A stretch of 51,029 nt of DNA from Promethearchaeota archaeon (GCA_048938005.1 JBHLMQ010000019.1:1-51029), one strand, 5' to 3'; numbered from the stretch's first letter, positions 10,055 through 19,549 are shown. Numbers and translations: made by a program. The notes: generated by a model not told the origin, from the letters alone.

Positions 10055-10310
10055 GGTCTCCTTAATATTACTACCTATGTAGAATCTGCACATTTTAATT
10101 AAAAAAGTTTTTGTTAATAATTTTCAAAAGATTTTCAAAAAAATACATTGTAATACAATCTACTCCCGATAATGAAGGTTTAGGAAATATTTAAATCAGG
10201 ATTAAATGTTGAATAAATAATTAGAGGAAAAAATAAAAAAAAATTTATTATTTAGGTTTAGAAAATTTCTATCTAGTGAGTAATTACTAGATAGGATGTA
10301 AATGCCAATG

Positions 10311-12026
10311 TTACCAGCCCCACCAAAAATGTCCTCTATATCTAAGCTTGATGACGCTACCATCGCTGCCAGCTAAAAATATATCACCCCTTGCATTAAC
10401 TGCAATAGGTGCGGATGTGTCCCAAATAAGTGGATGGTGATAATACGTTGTATGAACTGCTGGAAGATTGATTGCCACTATACGGATATCTAAATTCTCC
10501 ATATTTACTTTTAAAAGTTCTTCTTTTGCTGTGTCAACTATAAGTAGGTTTCCATTATGATCCCAAGCGAGACCCTTGGGCTTTCCAACGTAGCCATTAA
10601 GAAATATTTCTTTAACTCCACTTACAATATCGACCATTGTTATTCTCCCAGCGAGTGCTTCAGCTACATATAGGGTTTCATCCTTGATTACTACATCTAT
10701 TGGTCCAGATAGATCTCCCGCGACTACTTTTCTGAATCCGGTTAGAAGGTCAACCTCTATAACTTGTCCTAAGCCATATTCTGCAATGTATAACTTTAGA
10801 TTTTCAGCATCTAATTCCATTCCAGCAGGACTAGCTACTGAATAGGCAAGGTACGTCCAGTTCTCAGGGATGTTTGGATTTACAGCCACCACAACACCAT
10901 CTATAAAGTCAGCAGTAATAAGAGGATAATCTCCAATTCCATTTGTCATAGTCACAGGCAATGGATACCCACTTGCAGATAACCAGGCATTCGCATATGT
11001 TTTATGAACATTTCCTTCGTCGTCAATCCTCCTTATCATTATAGAATCACAAATATAAAGATCATCATCTTTAACAACTATGCTAGCTGCTGAATTTATT
11101 CCCATTGGGAAGAGCATGGTATTATCACCACTATCGGGGTCAACCCTCCATATTGTGCAATCATGATAACTGCTGACATAGAGAAAACCATCTGGTCCGA
11201 ACGCAAGATTATCTAGGCCAGGAAGCAGATAAGTTATTGTTTCTATGGAATAATCATCTGGATTGATTTTTTTAACCGCACCAGTAGCAAGCTCGATGGT
11301 ATAAATATATCCATCAGGACCAATCTTCAAAGCTATAGGCGTGATCAATCCACTGGTCACAAGAGGGGTTATAACACCTGTATCCATATCTACCTCAACT
11401 ATGGTCCATGTACCAAAATCAGGAATAACGAGTTTTCCATCCCTAATATCAAATCCTTCAGGTATCGCTAAGGCATCAGTCACTAATCGTGGCGGAGCTA
11501 CACCTTCAGGATCTAACTCCCATGTACGATTGCCCCAGAAGCATTCAGTCATGAATAAACGTCCAGTTTCTTCATCGTAACTTATACCGTTAGGACCACT
11601 TAACCCACGAGCGATGACTTTCTTCATCCCTTGAGAATTAATTTTGTATACTTCTCCAGCGATGGCACTAGTTGCATAGAAGTTGCCCTCATCATCGACT
11701 GTGATATCATCGGGAGTAATTACCCCGTGATAAGGACCTACAAACGTTTCCACTTTAGGACCACCCCTACTGTATAGTTTAATTCTGGAAATAGTGTTAG
11801 GACTTGTATGACATACATAAAGAGCCCCATCTTGCCCAAATATAAGCCCATTGCAACCTCTTAATGGAGTTGGGTCTACCAAGGTCACTTTTTTATAAGC
11901 CCTATCCATAACAAATAATCCCTTTGGCTGCGAATGAATCGAACTTGACAAAGAATAAACTGAAATTGGCACTAACACTAAAGATAATACAGTTAAGCAC
12001 AATACTGTTTTAGTAATTTTCTTCAA
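10311..12026 (-). CDS. Secreted double beta-propeller protein (SMP-30/gluconolactonase/NHL-like)
   Basis: Signal peptide and repeated blades (PDDITVDDEGNFY, PNGIS, DNLAFGPDGFLYVS, PKGLAWDHNGNLLIVD); AGGTGA upstream of TTG. Confidence 0.85.
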   Translation of the reverse strand: MKKITKTVLCLTVLSLVLVPISVYSLSSSIHSQPKGLFVMDRAYKKVTLVDPTPLRGCNGLIFGQDGALYVCHTSPNTISRIKLYSRGGPKVETFVGPYHGVITPDDITVDDEGNFYATSAIAGEVYKINSQGMKKVIARGLSGPNGISYDEETGRLFMTECFWGNRTWELDPEGVAPPRLVTDALAIPEGFDIRDGKLVIPDFGTWTIVEVDMDTGVITPLVTSGLITPIALKIGPDGYIYTIELATGAVKKINPDDYSIETITYLLPGLDNLAFGPDGFLYVSSYHDCTIWRVDPDSGDNTMLFPMGINSAASIVVKDDDLYICDSIMIRRIDDEGNVHKTYANAWLSASGYPLPVTMTNGIGDYPLITADFIDGVVVAVNPNIPENWTYLAYSVASPAGMELDAENLKLYIAEYGLGQVIEVDLLTGFRKVVAGDLSGPIDVVIKDETLYVAEALAGRITMVDIVSGVKEIFLNGYVGKPKGLAWDHNGNLLIVDTAKEELLKVNMENLDIRIVAINLPAVHTTYYHHPLIWDTSAPIAVNARGDIFLAGSDGSVIKLRYRGHFWWGW

Positions 12027-12432
12027 TTATGATTTCACCTTTTTTTGACTTATTATTTTTTCAACTATAAAATTTAATTTTTTTAAAATTCACATAATTT
12101 ATTTGTTTTGGATTAAATTAAGGAGATTTTCTCTCCAAATATTAAGTATATGCCAGAAATATAAAAAGATTTTGATTTTCTTTATGCTTATAAAAACTAA
12201 ATGTTGTTGAGTTCCAAGATGGGTCAATTGAGAATTTTTATATATATTATTTTTTTATATTTCTTTTCTGTAGTCATAAGAAAAAAAATTTCATAGCGTT
12301 CTGACATGTAATATGAAATAATTCCATGTTTTCACATTTCTAAAAGAGCCAATGGACTCTAAAAGACATTTCTGATAAATATAGATAATTGATTCATTGT
12401 TTTTTTATTGATTTATTGGATAGGGATATCGA

Positions 12433-12768
12433 TCATCCCTTCTTTAATATTTTAAAATTGCAATCAGAAATACCAAATACTTTAACATACTTCCCAACTA
12501 GGTCTTGTGCTGCTTTATCTTTTTCTACAATGTCATAGAATTTTTCAAAATCCTTAAGATCTTCAAATATCAATTGTTCTGTGTATCGATTCTTCTTTTC
12601 TGTAATATGATAAGGAAAATATTTTTTTTCTGTTGTCATAGGAAAATAGAGTTCATATCCTAAGCAACCATATGATTCGTAAAAAGGTTTCAGTTTTTTT
12701 TCCGCAAAATCAATAAAGGCCTCAAGGTTCTCTTGAGGAACCTCACAAGACCATTGGACTAAAATCAT
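12433..12768 (-). CDS. Small dimeric alpha/beta-barrel-like (NIPSNAP/ABM-like) hypothetical protein
   Basis: 111 aa; AGGTGA upstream of ATG; VPQENLEAFIDF...KPFYESYGC..YEL pattern. Confidence 0.55.
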   Translation of the reverse strand: MILVQWSCEVPQENLEAFIDFAEKKLKPFYESYGCLGYELYFPMTTEKKYFPYHITEKKNRYTEQLIFEDLKDFEKFYDIVEKDKAAQDLVGKYVKVFGISDCNFKILKKG

Positions 12769-12946
12769 TTTAATTTTTCACCTTGTAAGATTTAACAATT
12801 AATAATAAAATTGAACAGAATTTAAATTGGGTGATTAAAACAAGTAGCGCGTTTTAATTTGTAAAGCCTTTTAAATATGGTAGAATAAAAGAATAATATT
12901 ACAAAAGAAAAAAATCGGATATTAAAAACATTATAGAGTGAGGAAT

Positions 12947-13846
12947 ATGATAATTGATACGCATTGTCATGTGTGGGATGAGGAATCCGTTTCTGATGAG
13001 CTTCGAGCAATGCTTATTGGGACAGCGGAGAAATTTAATTTTGATGTGAGTCTAATTTTGGATGGGACTCCAGAAAGATTAATAAAGGAAATGGATGAGG
13101 CTGGAATAGACAAAACAGTAATACTTGGTTTAGATTATGAGTATCTTTTCCGAGGGCATGTGAGTTATAAGGAATATAACGATCGGGTCGCAGGATATGT
13201 AGAGGATCATCCCGATAGATTAATTGGTTTTGCTGGTATTGATCCACGAAGAGGAAAAGAAGCCATCAAAGAGCTTGAGAGGTGTATTGGAGAGCTCGGA
13301 TTAGCAGGAGTCAAGTTTTGGCCTTTAATGGGGTTTTATCCTGACGATCCCAAATTTTACCCCTTTTACGAGCGCGTTGAAGAGCTTGGAGCTGTAATTT
13401 TATGCCATACTGGTGCTGGTCCACAAAAAACATATCTTAAATATTGTAGACCCGCATACGTAGATACTGTTGCTGTAGATTTTCCCAAAATCAAAATTAT
13501 GATGGCTCATATAGGTGATCCCTGGACAAGTGAGGCTATAACAGTAGCAGGAAAAAATCCCAATGTATATATTGATATTTCTGCATGGGAACCTGTTTTC
13601 AAATTTGCTCCATTTGCTTTTTTCCAAACGCTGGTTCAAGCAAAGATGACATGTGGAATAGACAAAATTTTATTTGGTACAGATTGGCCTTTATTCTCTC
13701 CAATATTATCACTAGAACAATGGGTAAAAGGGATAAAAAATATAGAATTACCGTCCCCGCTTAAATTGATGGGATTACCTGAATTTACTGAAGAGGAAAA
13801 AAGCAAAATTCTTGGAGGAAATGCTGCAAAAATATTTGATTTATGA
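12947..13846 (+). CDS. Amidohydrolase family protein (TIM-barrel metal-dependent hydrolase, Amidohydro_2 type)
   Basis: IIDTHCH, CHTG, MAHIG, NVYIDIS and ILFGTDWP motifs. Confidence 0.92.
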   Translation: MIIDTHCHVWDEESVSDELRAMLIGTAEKFNFDVSLILDGTPERLIKEMDEAGIDKTVILGLDYEYLFRGHVSYKEYNDRVAGYVEDHPDRLIGFAGIDPRRGKEAIKELERCIGELGLAGVKFWPLMGFYPDDPKFYPFYERVEELGAVILCHTGAGPQKTYLKYCRPAYVDTVAVDFPKIKIMMAHIGDPWTSEAITVAGKNPNVYIDISAWEPVFKFAPFAFFQTLVQAKMTCGIDKILFGTDWPLFSPILSLEQWVKGIKNIELPSPLKLMGLPEFTEEEKSKILGGNAAKIFDL

Positions 13847-14010
13847 ATTTTCTTATAGTGTAGATATATGGCATTTTTTACATAGAAAAAGCATCTTTAA
13901 TGGAGAAATATCTAAATCAGGATAAATATTTATTAAGTTCTATAATTAATTATAATATATTCCTAGAATAGAATTTTTTGTTGAAATAGGGTGAAAAATT
14001 AATATTAATT

Positions 14011-14964
14011 TTGGTTTTGAGTCGCTTTGATGTTAGGGTGGGTCCCAAGCTATTTTTAAATGTACCAAAATTACAACCTCAGATTCATTTGGAGCATGTC
14101 CCTCTTTTAATGGATTTCTACGAAAAAGGGTTTTTTGTTCATGAGTTTGGTGAAGATAAGAGCTCCAATTTAATATTCACAGTCCCAAGCCCGGTAGCTA
14201 GGGGACAGAGAGAAACTATCATGATTACGATTATTTTTAGGAATGAAGAGGATGTGGATCCAAAAAGTTTTCAACGTTTATTGGAACTTTTTGTTTATGA
14301 GTTAAAAGAAATAAAAGATCTTTATAAGGGATTTTACAAAAAAGAAAATATTTTTGAGGAGAGTCATCAAATACATAGTAAAATTAAAGATTTATTGAAT
14401 TCGGTTTATCATTCTTTTCCAAAAGAAACCACCTCTATGAAGGCAAAAGATATAAATCTAGTACTATTCGATTTTTATAAAGAGGGTAAATCTCAAATAG
14501 CAAAAATTCTTTTGAAATCTATTTCTAATGGTCAATTTTATAAGGAAAAATCTGAAGAATCAAATCTTCTTTACAATAAAATTTCAATCTCTGAATATTC
14601 TATATCTACATCTAATCCATTGGAATTTAATAAATTCCTTAAGTTGCAATTAGAAATTCAAGATGGTTTCATATTTGTGGTTGATGTAACTGATAAAATT
14701 TTGTTAAAAGTAGCAGAATTCACCCTTGATTTAATTTTCAAATTGCCAGAATTTACTTTTACACCCTCACTGATTCTTATTGACAAAATAGGAACTGATC
14801 GCCTTGAAATTCATAAAATTATAGAGGATTTAAGTGTTAATGAGGAGGAAAACAGAATTATCAAAGGTATCCCTATCAATACTTCTGAAAATGATGAGAT
14901 TCGCAAAGCTATTAATTGGATTGTCAAGAGAATTACAATTAGCAAAGCACAAATAGTTATTTGA
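14011..14964 (+). CDS. uDENN/longin-like domain fused to a degenerate small-GTPase-like domain
   Basis: N-terminal LSRFDVRVGP...PSPVARGQRE; C-terminal DGFIFVVD, LILIDK and AINWIV with a degenerate P-loop DFYKEGKS. The start may be ATA at 14002. Confidence 0.7.
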   Translation: MVLSRFDVRVGPKLFLNVPKLQPQIHLEHVPLLMDFYEKGFFVHEFGEDKSSNLIFTVPSPVARGQRETIMITIIFRNEEDVDPKSFQRLLELFVYELKEIKDLYKGFYKKENIFEESHQIHSKIKDLLNSVYHSFPKETTSMKAKDINLVLFDFYKEGKSQIAKILLKSISNGQFYKEKSEESNLLYNKISISEYSISTSNPLEFNKFLKLQLEIQDGFIFVVDVTDKILLKVAEFTLDLIFKLPEFTFTPSLILIDKIGTDRLEIHKIIEDLSVNEEENRIIKGIPINTSENDEIRKAINWIVKRITISKAQIVI

Positions 14965-15083
14965 AGTAAAGGAAACGTTTGAAGTTATGATAGAGAAGTT
15001 AATTGAGAGATATCCTTAAATGAAAATAGACGCTTTAAGCCCTCCAAATTATTAAAATTTGGTTGTAGAAAATAAAAATGAAA

Positions 15084-15908
15084 TCAAATTAATTTCGCGA
15101 TCTGTTCAGAGACTCGCATACAATCAAGATAGATCAATCCAAGTCTTACATCTCTCGTGGTAGAGACAGATAATACACCATTGGGTCCTGCAGGTAAGAC
15201 TAGAAGGTATCCATCTCTTCCCCGAATAAATAATTGTTCAAATTCACCACTTTTTATCTGCATTATGGCGGTTTCGGCTAATGAAAGAAGTGCAGCAGTC
15301 ATTACGGCAATTGTCATTTCATCAACATCCTGAGGAAGTGCTGATGCTATCACTTCCCCTTCAATAGAAACAATGGCTGCAGCTTTTACTTCTGGAATGG
15401 CATCTATTAGTTTTACAAGGAGATTCTCAAGATTTTCTAAAAGAGGAGATTCGACCACTTGCCTGGATAAGAATTCTGTGAATTTAACGCTTTGTCTATC
15501 AGGAAGTTCGATGTTTTGTAACTTTTCAAGCTCTTCTTCTAGTTCACTATAAGTTTCATCTGTAATAGAAGTTATGCTATTAAGCTTAGCTTCGAGTTCT
15601 GCGATCTTCCTCTTAACTTCACGTTTAAAGCTTGGTTCAGACTCAAGATAATCTTTTAATACTTCGACAAGCATATTGGTATCGATTTGAGGTTGTTCTG
15701 AGTCTCCAGGAGCTTTGTATGTATAGATATATTGCCTTCCTCGTTTTCCAAGAGTTTTAATCATTTTATCCTTTTTTAGGCGCATAAGATATGTACGTGT
15801 ATCCTGTTTACTTAGACTGAGCTTATCTGCTAGTTCATTACTTGTTAATGAATGAGTTTTAAGAACATTCAATATACGATCCTTATTACTCAGTTCAATA
15901 TCAGCGAT
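15084..15908 (-). CDS. Winged-HTH - coiled coil - Roadblock/LC7 (MglB-like) fusion protein
   Basis: LTSNELADKLSLSKQDTRTYLMRLKKDKMI (wHTH); EVKAAAIVSIEGEVIASALP...GEFEQLFIRGRDGY...RLGLIYLD (Roadblock). The frame extends past TTG 15872 to ATC 15908, after GGGTGAG. Confidence 0.85.
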   Translation of the reverse strand: MADIELSNKDRILNVLKTHSLTSNELADKLSLSKQDTRTYLMRLKKDKMIKTLGKRGRQYIYTYKAPGDSEQPQIDTNMLVEVLKDYLESEPSFKREVKRKIAELEAKLNSITSITDETYSELEEELEKLQNIELPDRQSVKFTEFLSRQVVESPLLENLENLLVKLIDAIPEVKAAAIVSIEGEVIASALPQDVDEMTIAVMTAALLSLAETAIMQIKSGEFEQLFIRGRDGYLLVLPAGPNGVLSVSTTRDVRLGLIYLDCMRVSEQIAKLI

Positions 15909-16050
15909 TATTTCTCACCCTTAACTTTGGTTTTCCTCACTGTATCGTCTTGGGTAGTAAATTACAATTATAAGTATCAATCTCTTATGCTTAATATGTA
16001 TATATAATTTCTTCTTAATAATTATGATATATTCTAGTTTTTAATTGTAT

Positions 16051-16179
16051 CTGTATATTATTTGTATATTATCATATATAAATATATGGGGATATGCATA
16101 TTATTAATACTGCAATACGAACATTTAAATATGCAACTATACAAGTAATATACAAATGTATATACTTTAATATACAAAT
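16051..16179. promoter_or_regulatory. Divergent promoter region with repeated 12-bp boxes (TAATATACAAAT)
   Basis: Exact copies at 16146-16157 and 16168-16179, reverse-complement copy at 16060-16071, partial copy at 16052-16060; TTTAAATA TATA-like box at 16124. Confidence 0.6.
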
Positions 16180-16203
16180 CAATTTCAAAATTCAAGATTA
16201 ATA

Positions 16204-16377
16204 ATGAGTATGGCAGAACACAAATATATACGAATACCAGAGGATATCCATTTCCTCTTAGAATTTTGTCGAGAATTATTAAGAATAATTAAAGATAATA
16301 ACCCAGATGAAGAAATACCTGTTAATGTTGAACAAATAAAAAGATTAAGAGATATTGAGCAAATTTATTTAATCTAA
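16204..16377 (+). CDS. 57-aa small protein with RHH-like N-terminus
   Basis: Below the ORF cutoff. MSMAEHKYIRIPEDIHFLLEFCRELLRIIKD...; lies directly downstream of the TATA-like box and repeats. Confidence 0.6.
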   Translation: MSMAEHKYIRIPEDIHFLLEFCRELLRIIKDNNPDEEIPVNVEQIKRLRDIEQIYLI

Positions 16378-16412
16378 GAATTCAGAATAGTGAATTGAGG
16401 TAAACTTAGAAT

Positions 16413-16829
16413 TTGATAAATGAAAATAAAAATCAAAATATTATGACCAATGAAAATAATTTCTTAGAAAAATTAGAAGTTGTTTTAAAAAGGCTTTTGA
16501 CGAATAATCCAAGTATCACCCTTGCAACTATATCATCAATCGAAGGACTTCCTATTTTTTCATTAAATCCAAGAGGATCTAATGATACAGTAATTTCTGC
16601 TATGGTTGCTACGCTACTCTCCTTATCCGAAAGAGCAGTAATAGAAATGAAAATTGGTGAATTTAAACAGTTATATATAAAAGGGAATGATGGTTATTTA
16701 TTAGTTTTTGAAGCTGAGCAAGCTGTATTAGCAGTTTCAACTACAGAAGAAGTGAAATTGGGACTAATTTTTCTTGAGTGCGAACGTGCTTCTTATGAAA
16801 TATCAAAAATTTTCAAAAAAGAAAAATAA
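16413..16829 (+). CDS. Roadblock/LC7 domain protein
   Basis: ATISSIEGLPI, ISAMVATLLSLSERA, GEFKQLYIKGNDGY and KLGLIFLE. Confidence 0.92.
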   Translation: MINENKNQNIMTNENNFLEKLEVVLKRLLTNNPSITLATISSIEGLPIFSLNPRGSNDTVISAMVATLLSLSERAVIEMKIGEFKQLYIKGNDGYLLVFEAEQAVLAVSTTEEVKLGLIFLECERASYEISKIFKKEK

Positions 16830-16917
16830 AGTAAAAGAATTAAATAAATTTATGGAGGTATGAATCTTAAGAAATTGATATAGAAGAGAAATTCAAATCT
16901 TTTGCAATATGTTGGTA

Positions 16918-17340
16918 TTATTCTTTTTTAATCATTTGTAATTCTGATTCGATGCCCAGTAGATTCGCTACTTCGACTAATGCTTTCCATTCAGCGTATA
17001 CGTTTTGCGCTTCTCTTATTTGCCCCTGAGATACCAAGAGTTTATGTAAATTGGCTTTTGAATCCACGAGTCTGACAAACATTGCTAATTTATCTTTATC
17101 GTTTTCAGTATTAACATATTTTCTTATAGCCTCTATCGTTTTCGTATCAGTCTCTGAGACGGGAGTTAATGTCTTTATTGCATCTCGAATTTCAAGCATT
17201 AATTGTTGATTGGCTTCAAGAAGTTTAATTTGAATTAAACAAAGGTTAATTGCGTCAGAGTATGTTTTACTTCCACTTTTTTCTTTGAATTCGTCTAATT
17301 TATTTTTAACAACATCATTTAGTTCTATTGTCGGACTCAT
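16918..17340 (-). CDS. Ribbon-helix-helix-like DNA-binding protein with helical C-terminus
   Basis: PTIELNDVVKNKLDEFK...TYSDAINL matches the archaeal RHH/antitoxin-like pattern. Confidence 0.65.
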   Translation of the reverse strand: MSPTIELNDVVKNKLDEFKEKSGSKTYSDAINLCLIQIKLLEANQQLMLEIRDAIKTLTPVSETDTKTIEAIRKYVNTENDKDKLAMFVRLVDSKANLHKLLVSQGQIREAQNVYAEWKALVEVANLLGIESELQMIKKE

Positions 17341-17494
17341 ATACCTATATAAATATAGGAATTTAACTATTTAAACCTTTATATTAGGATGGTTTTTGAA
17401 AGGTTTTTAATTATAGTCTCATGATACTGTCGCAACATTTAAATAATTTTTTTACATCACATGCATTGTAGAGAGAAAATATTCAAAGTAAAAA

Positions 17495-17719
17495 ATGTCG
17501 AAAATAAGGCGAAAAAGCATGAGAGAATCAAGAAAATTAGATTTAGAATATAAGAAACTTTTAATAAAGGATATTAAACTTGCAATGAAGCATAAAAAAA
17601 TACTGAATATGATTGATAGAATTGAATTATGGCGGATTATAAAGTTACAAAAAGAGTTTGAAGGATATGAAGAAGATCTAAAGAATAAAAGTAAATATAG
17701 AGAAAGAATACATGTATAG
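17495..17719 (+). CDS. Small basic hypothetical protein
   Basis: 74-aa ORF, first of three co-oriented small ORFs after a TATA-like TTTAAATA at 17438. Confidence 0.55.
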   Translation: MSKIRRKSMRESRKLDLEYKKLLIKDIKLAMKHKKILNMIDRIELWRIIKLQKEFEGYEEDLKNKSKYRERIHV

Positions 17720-17731
17720 AGTAGAATAAAA

Positions 17732-17983
17732 TTGAACTATATTATTGATGTAAATGAGATAAAACATTTAGTGTGTGTAAAATGCGGTTGGGGGCTTCCA
17801 TTAATTCCAAGACAAAAATTCCAGGGACTTGAAGTAAAATTTAAAAAAGAACATGAAGGGCATCCTTTAACTGTATTAAGCACTGCTGAATTATATGAGT
17901 TAGCAGAAAAACGAGCCGAATTGCGAAGATATGCCAATACTGCCAAAAGTTGGGCAGAAGTGAATAAGGAATGGTTGAATTAA
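17732..17983 (+). CDS. Small putative zinc-finger protein (CxxC...HxxH)
   Basis: CVKC and HEGH motifs. Confidence 0.65.
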   Translation: MNYIIDVNEIKHLVCVKCGWGLPLIPRQKFQGLEVKFKKEHEGHPLTVLSTAELYELAEKRAELRRYANTAKSWAEVNKEWLN

Positions 17984-18219
17984 ACGGAGGTGTAATAAAT
18001 AAAATGCCATGTTATTTAAGGTTTCCAAAAGTAAAGTTGATAATTGATAAGCTTAAAGAGAAAGTTAGAGAGCAGGTTCTGGATGAACTCTTAAAGCAGA
18101 AAAACGATGAGGAGCTTCATCAAATGTCAGAGGAGGAAATAATTGAGTTAATCTTAAAGATCATTTACCGGCTTAGATTAAAGAAAATGGAAAAGGAAGT
18201 AGAAATGATTTATGTTTAA
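17971..18219 (+). CDS. Small helical hypothetical protein
   Basis: 82-aa ORF; GGAGGTG at 17986 suggests a start at or near ATG 18004. Confidence 0.55.
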   Translation: MVELNGGVINKMPCYLRFPKVKLIIDKLKEKVREQVLDELLKQKNDEELHQMSEEEIIELILKIIYRLRLKKMEKEVEMIYV

Positions 18220-18289
18220 TATTAGAATGTGAAATATATATATTTAGATTTTTTTGTTAATATATGGGAAAGAAAAAAATCAGAGTATT

Positions 18290-19549
18290 ATGAAGTTAAA
18301 TAGAAATGATAAGAATGGGTTTGGCGCAGATTGGTTAAATGCTAATTTACCATTTCAAAAAATAAGTAGATCAACTTCAAACGTTAAGAAAGAGATAAAC
18401 CAATATATCACTCTCAGGTTGGAGCATGGAAAGACTTTTATCTATGTAAATGGAAGGAGGTTTATTCAATGTATCCGTTTAATCCTAAATATTCCGAAAG
18501 ATGATGTACACTTATACGACGAGGTTGATTCTATAGATGAAGCCGCCAAATTGTATAGCAATCACGTATTCCAAAATAGAATCGTAAGGGGGCCCATGGC
18601 AAGACCTGTGCCAAATCAGCGACATGATATTACTCCTGAGGAGGAATTTTGGGGGCACTGTTCGAATATTCAAGCGTGGGTTGAGCATGACTATGACACG
18701 AGAATACTAATGAGTAATATTGCATTTCCGTTATTAAGAGAGTTGGTAAAAGCTGGCGATCCGATGGCAAGAAAAATATTTAAAGAAGAGATTGCTCTGA
18801 GACTCGAAAGTGGATACCCTTCCGTTGTTCAGTATCTCCTTAATCAAGGATATATTAGATATTTTACACCTTCTGAGTTTAAAGCAATAATAGAAACAAC
18901 AGAGCTTATCAAGGGTCTTTCATCTGATACTAAGGTTTTTTCTCGGTTTTTAATATCTTGTGTTAATAAGTTTCCAACGATAGTTGAGGACATTCTTAAG
19001 CAAGTTCTAAAACTTCCTGAAGGAAAGAAGTTCATTATTTCGAGCATGAGTATTTCAGATAACGCTATAATGCCCTTTTTGCGATATTCCTTTAGATCGA
19101 ATCCTCAGTACTTACTCACTCTTAAAACAGCATTAGAAGATCTTTTCAAAGGTGCTGATGAGAAATTAGAGGAAGATATTTTAGATTGTATTCAAGCAAT
19201 TGAAGATAAACTTTTAGGGCAGGTAATTAATTTCACAAATGTACCAAGCAGGAGTAGATTAGAAAATTTGAGGGAAGTAATTTTCAATAAAGATGTTTTA
19301 GAGAATTTAGGGGCTGAACAGAAATTACAACTTGCTTCGAGAATTTTAGGAGAAGTCAAAAAGATTCAGTCGAAATGTCCATACTGCGGGAAGGAAATAC
19401 CGAAGGGACAAGATACCTGCGATTGGTGTGGGCATAAAAAAGATGATGAAGGTGGCTTTTTCCCTTATCCATATATTTATAAACCTCCTGGAGGGGGAGG
19501 GGGGTCTATGAAAGGGAGTGTTGCTGTTGCGATTAAAGTTAAATCTTAA
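18290..19549 (+). CDS. Hypothetical protein with Lokiarchaeal conserved N-terminal domain, C-terminal zinc ribbon and PYPYIYKPP tail
   Basis: EINQYITLRLE...EEEFWGHCSNIQAW...FPLLRELVKAGD block, which I recognise from Loki LRR-associated proteins; CPYC...CDWC. Confidence 0.75.
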   Translation: MKLNRNDKNGFGADWLNANLPFQKISRSTSNVKKEINQYITLRLEHGKTFIYVNGRRFIQCIRLILNIPKDDVHLYDEVDSIDEAAKLYSNHVFQNRIVRGPMARPVPNQRHDITPEEEFWGHCSNIQAWVEHDYDTRILMSNIAFPLLRELVKAGDPMARKIFKEEIALRLESGYPSVVQYLLNQGYIRYFTPSEFKAIIETTELIKGLSSDTKVFSRFLISCVNKFPTIVEDILKQVLKLPEGKKFIISSMSISDNAIMPFLRYSFRSNPQYLLTLKTALEDLFKGADEKLEEDILDCIQAIEDKLLGQVINFTNVPSRSRLENLREVIFNKDVLENLGAEQKLQLASRILGEVKKIQSKCPYCGKEIPKGQDTCDWCGHKKDDEGGFFPYPYIYKPPGGGGGSMKGSVAVAIKVKS

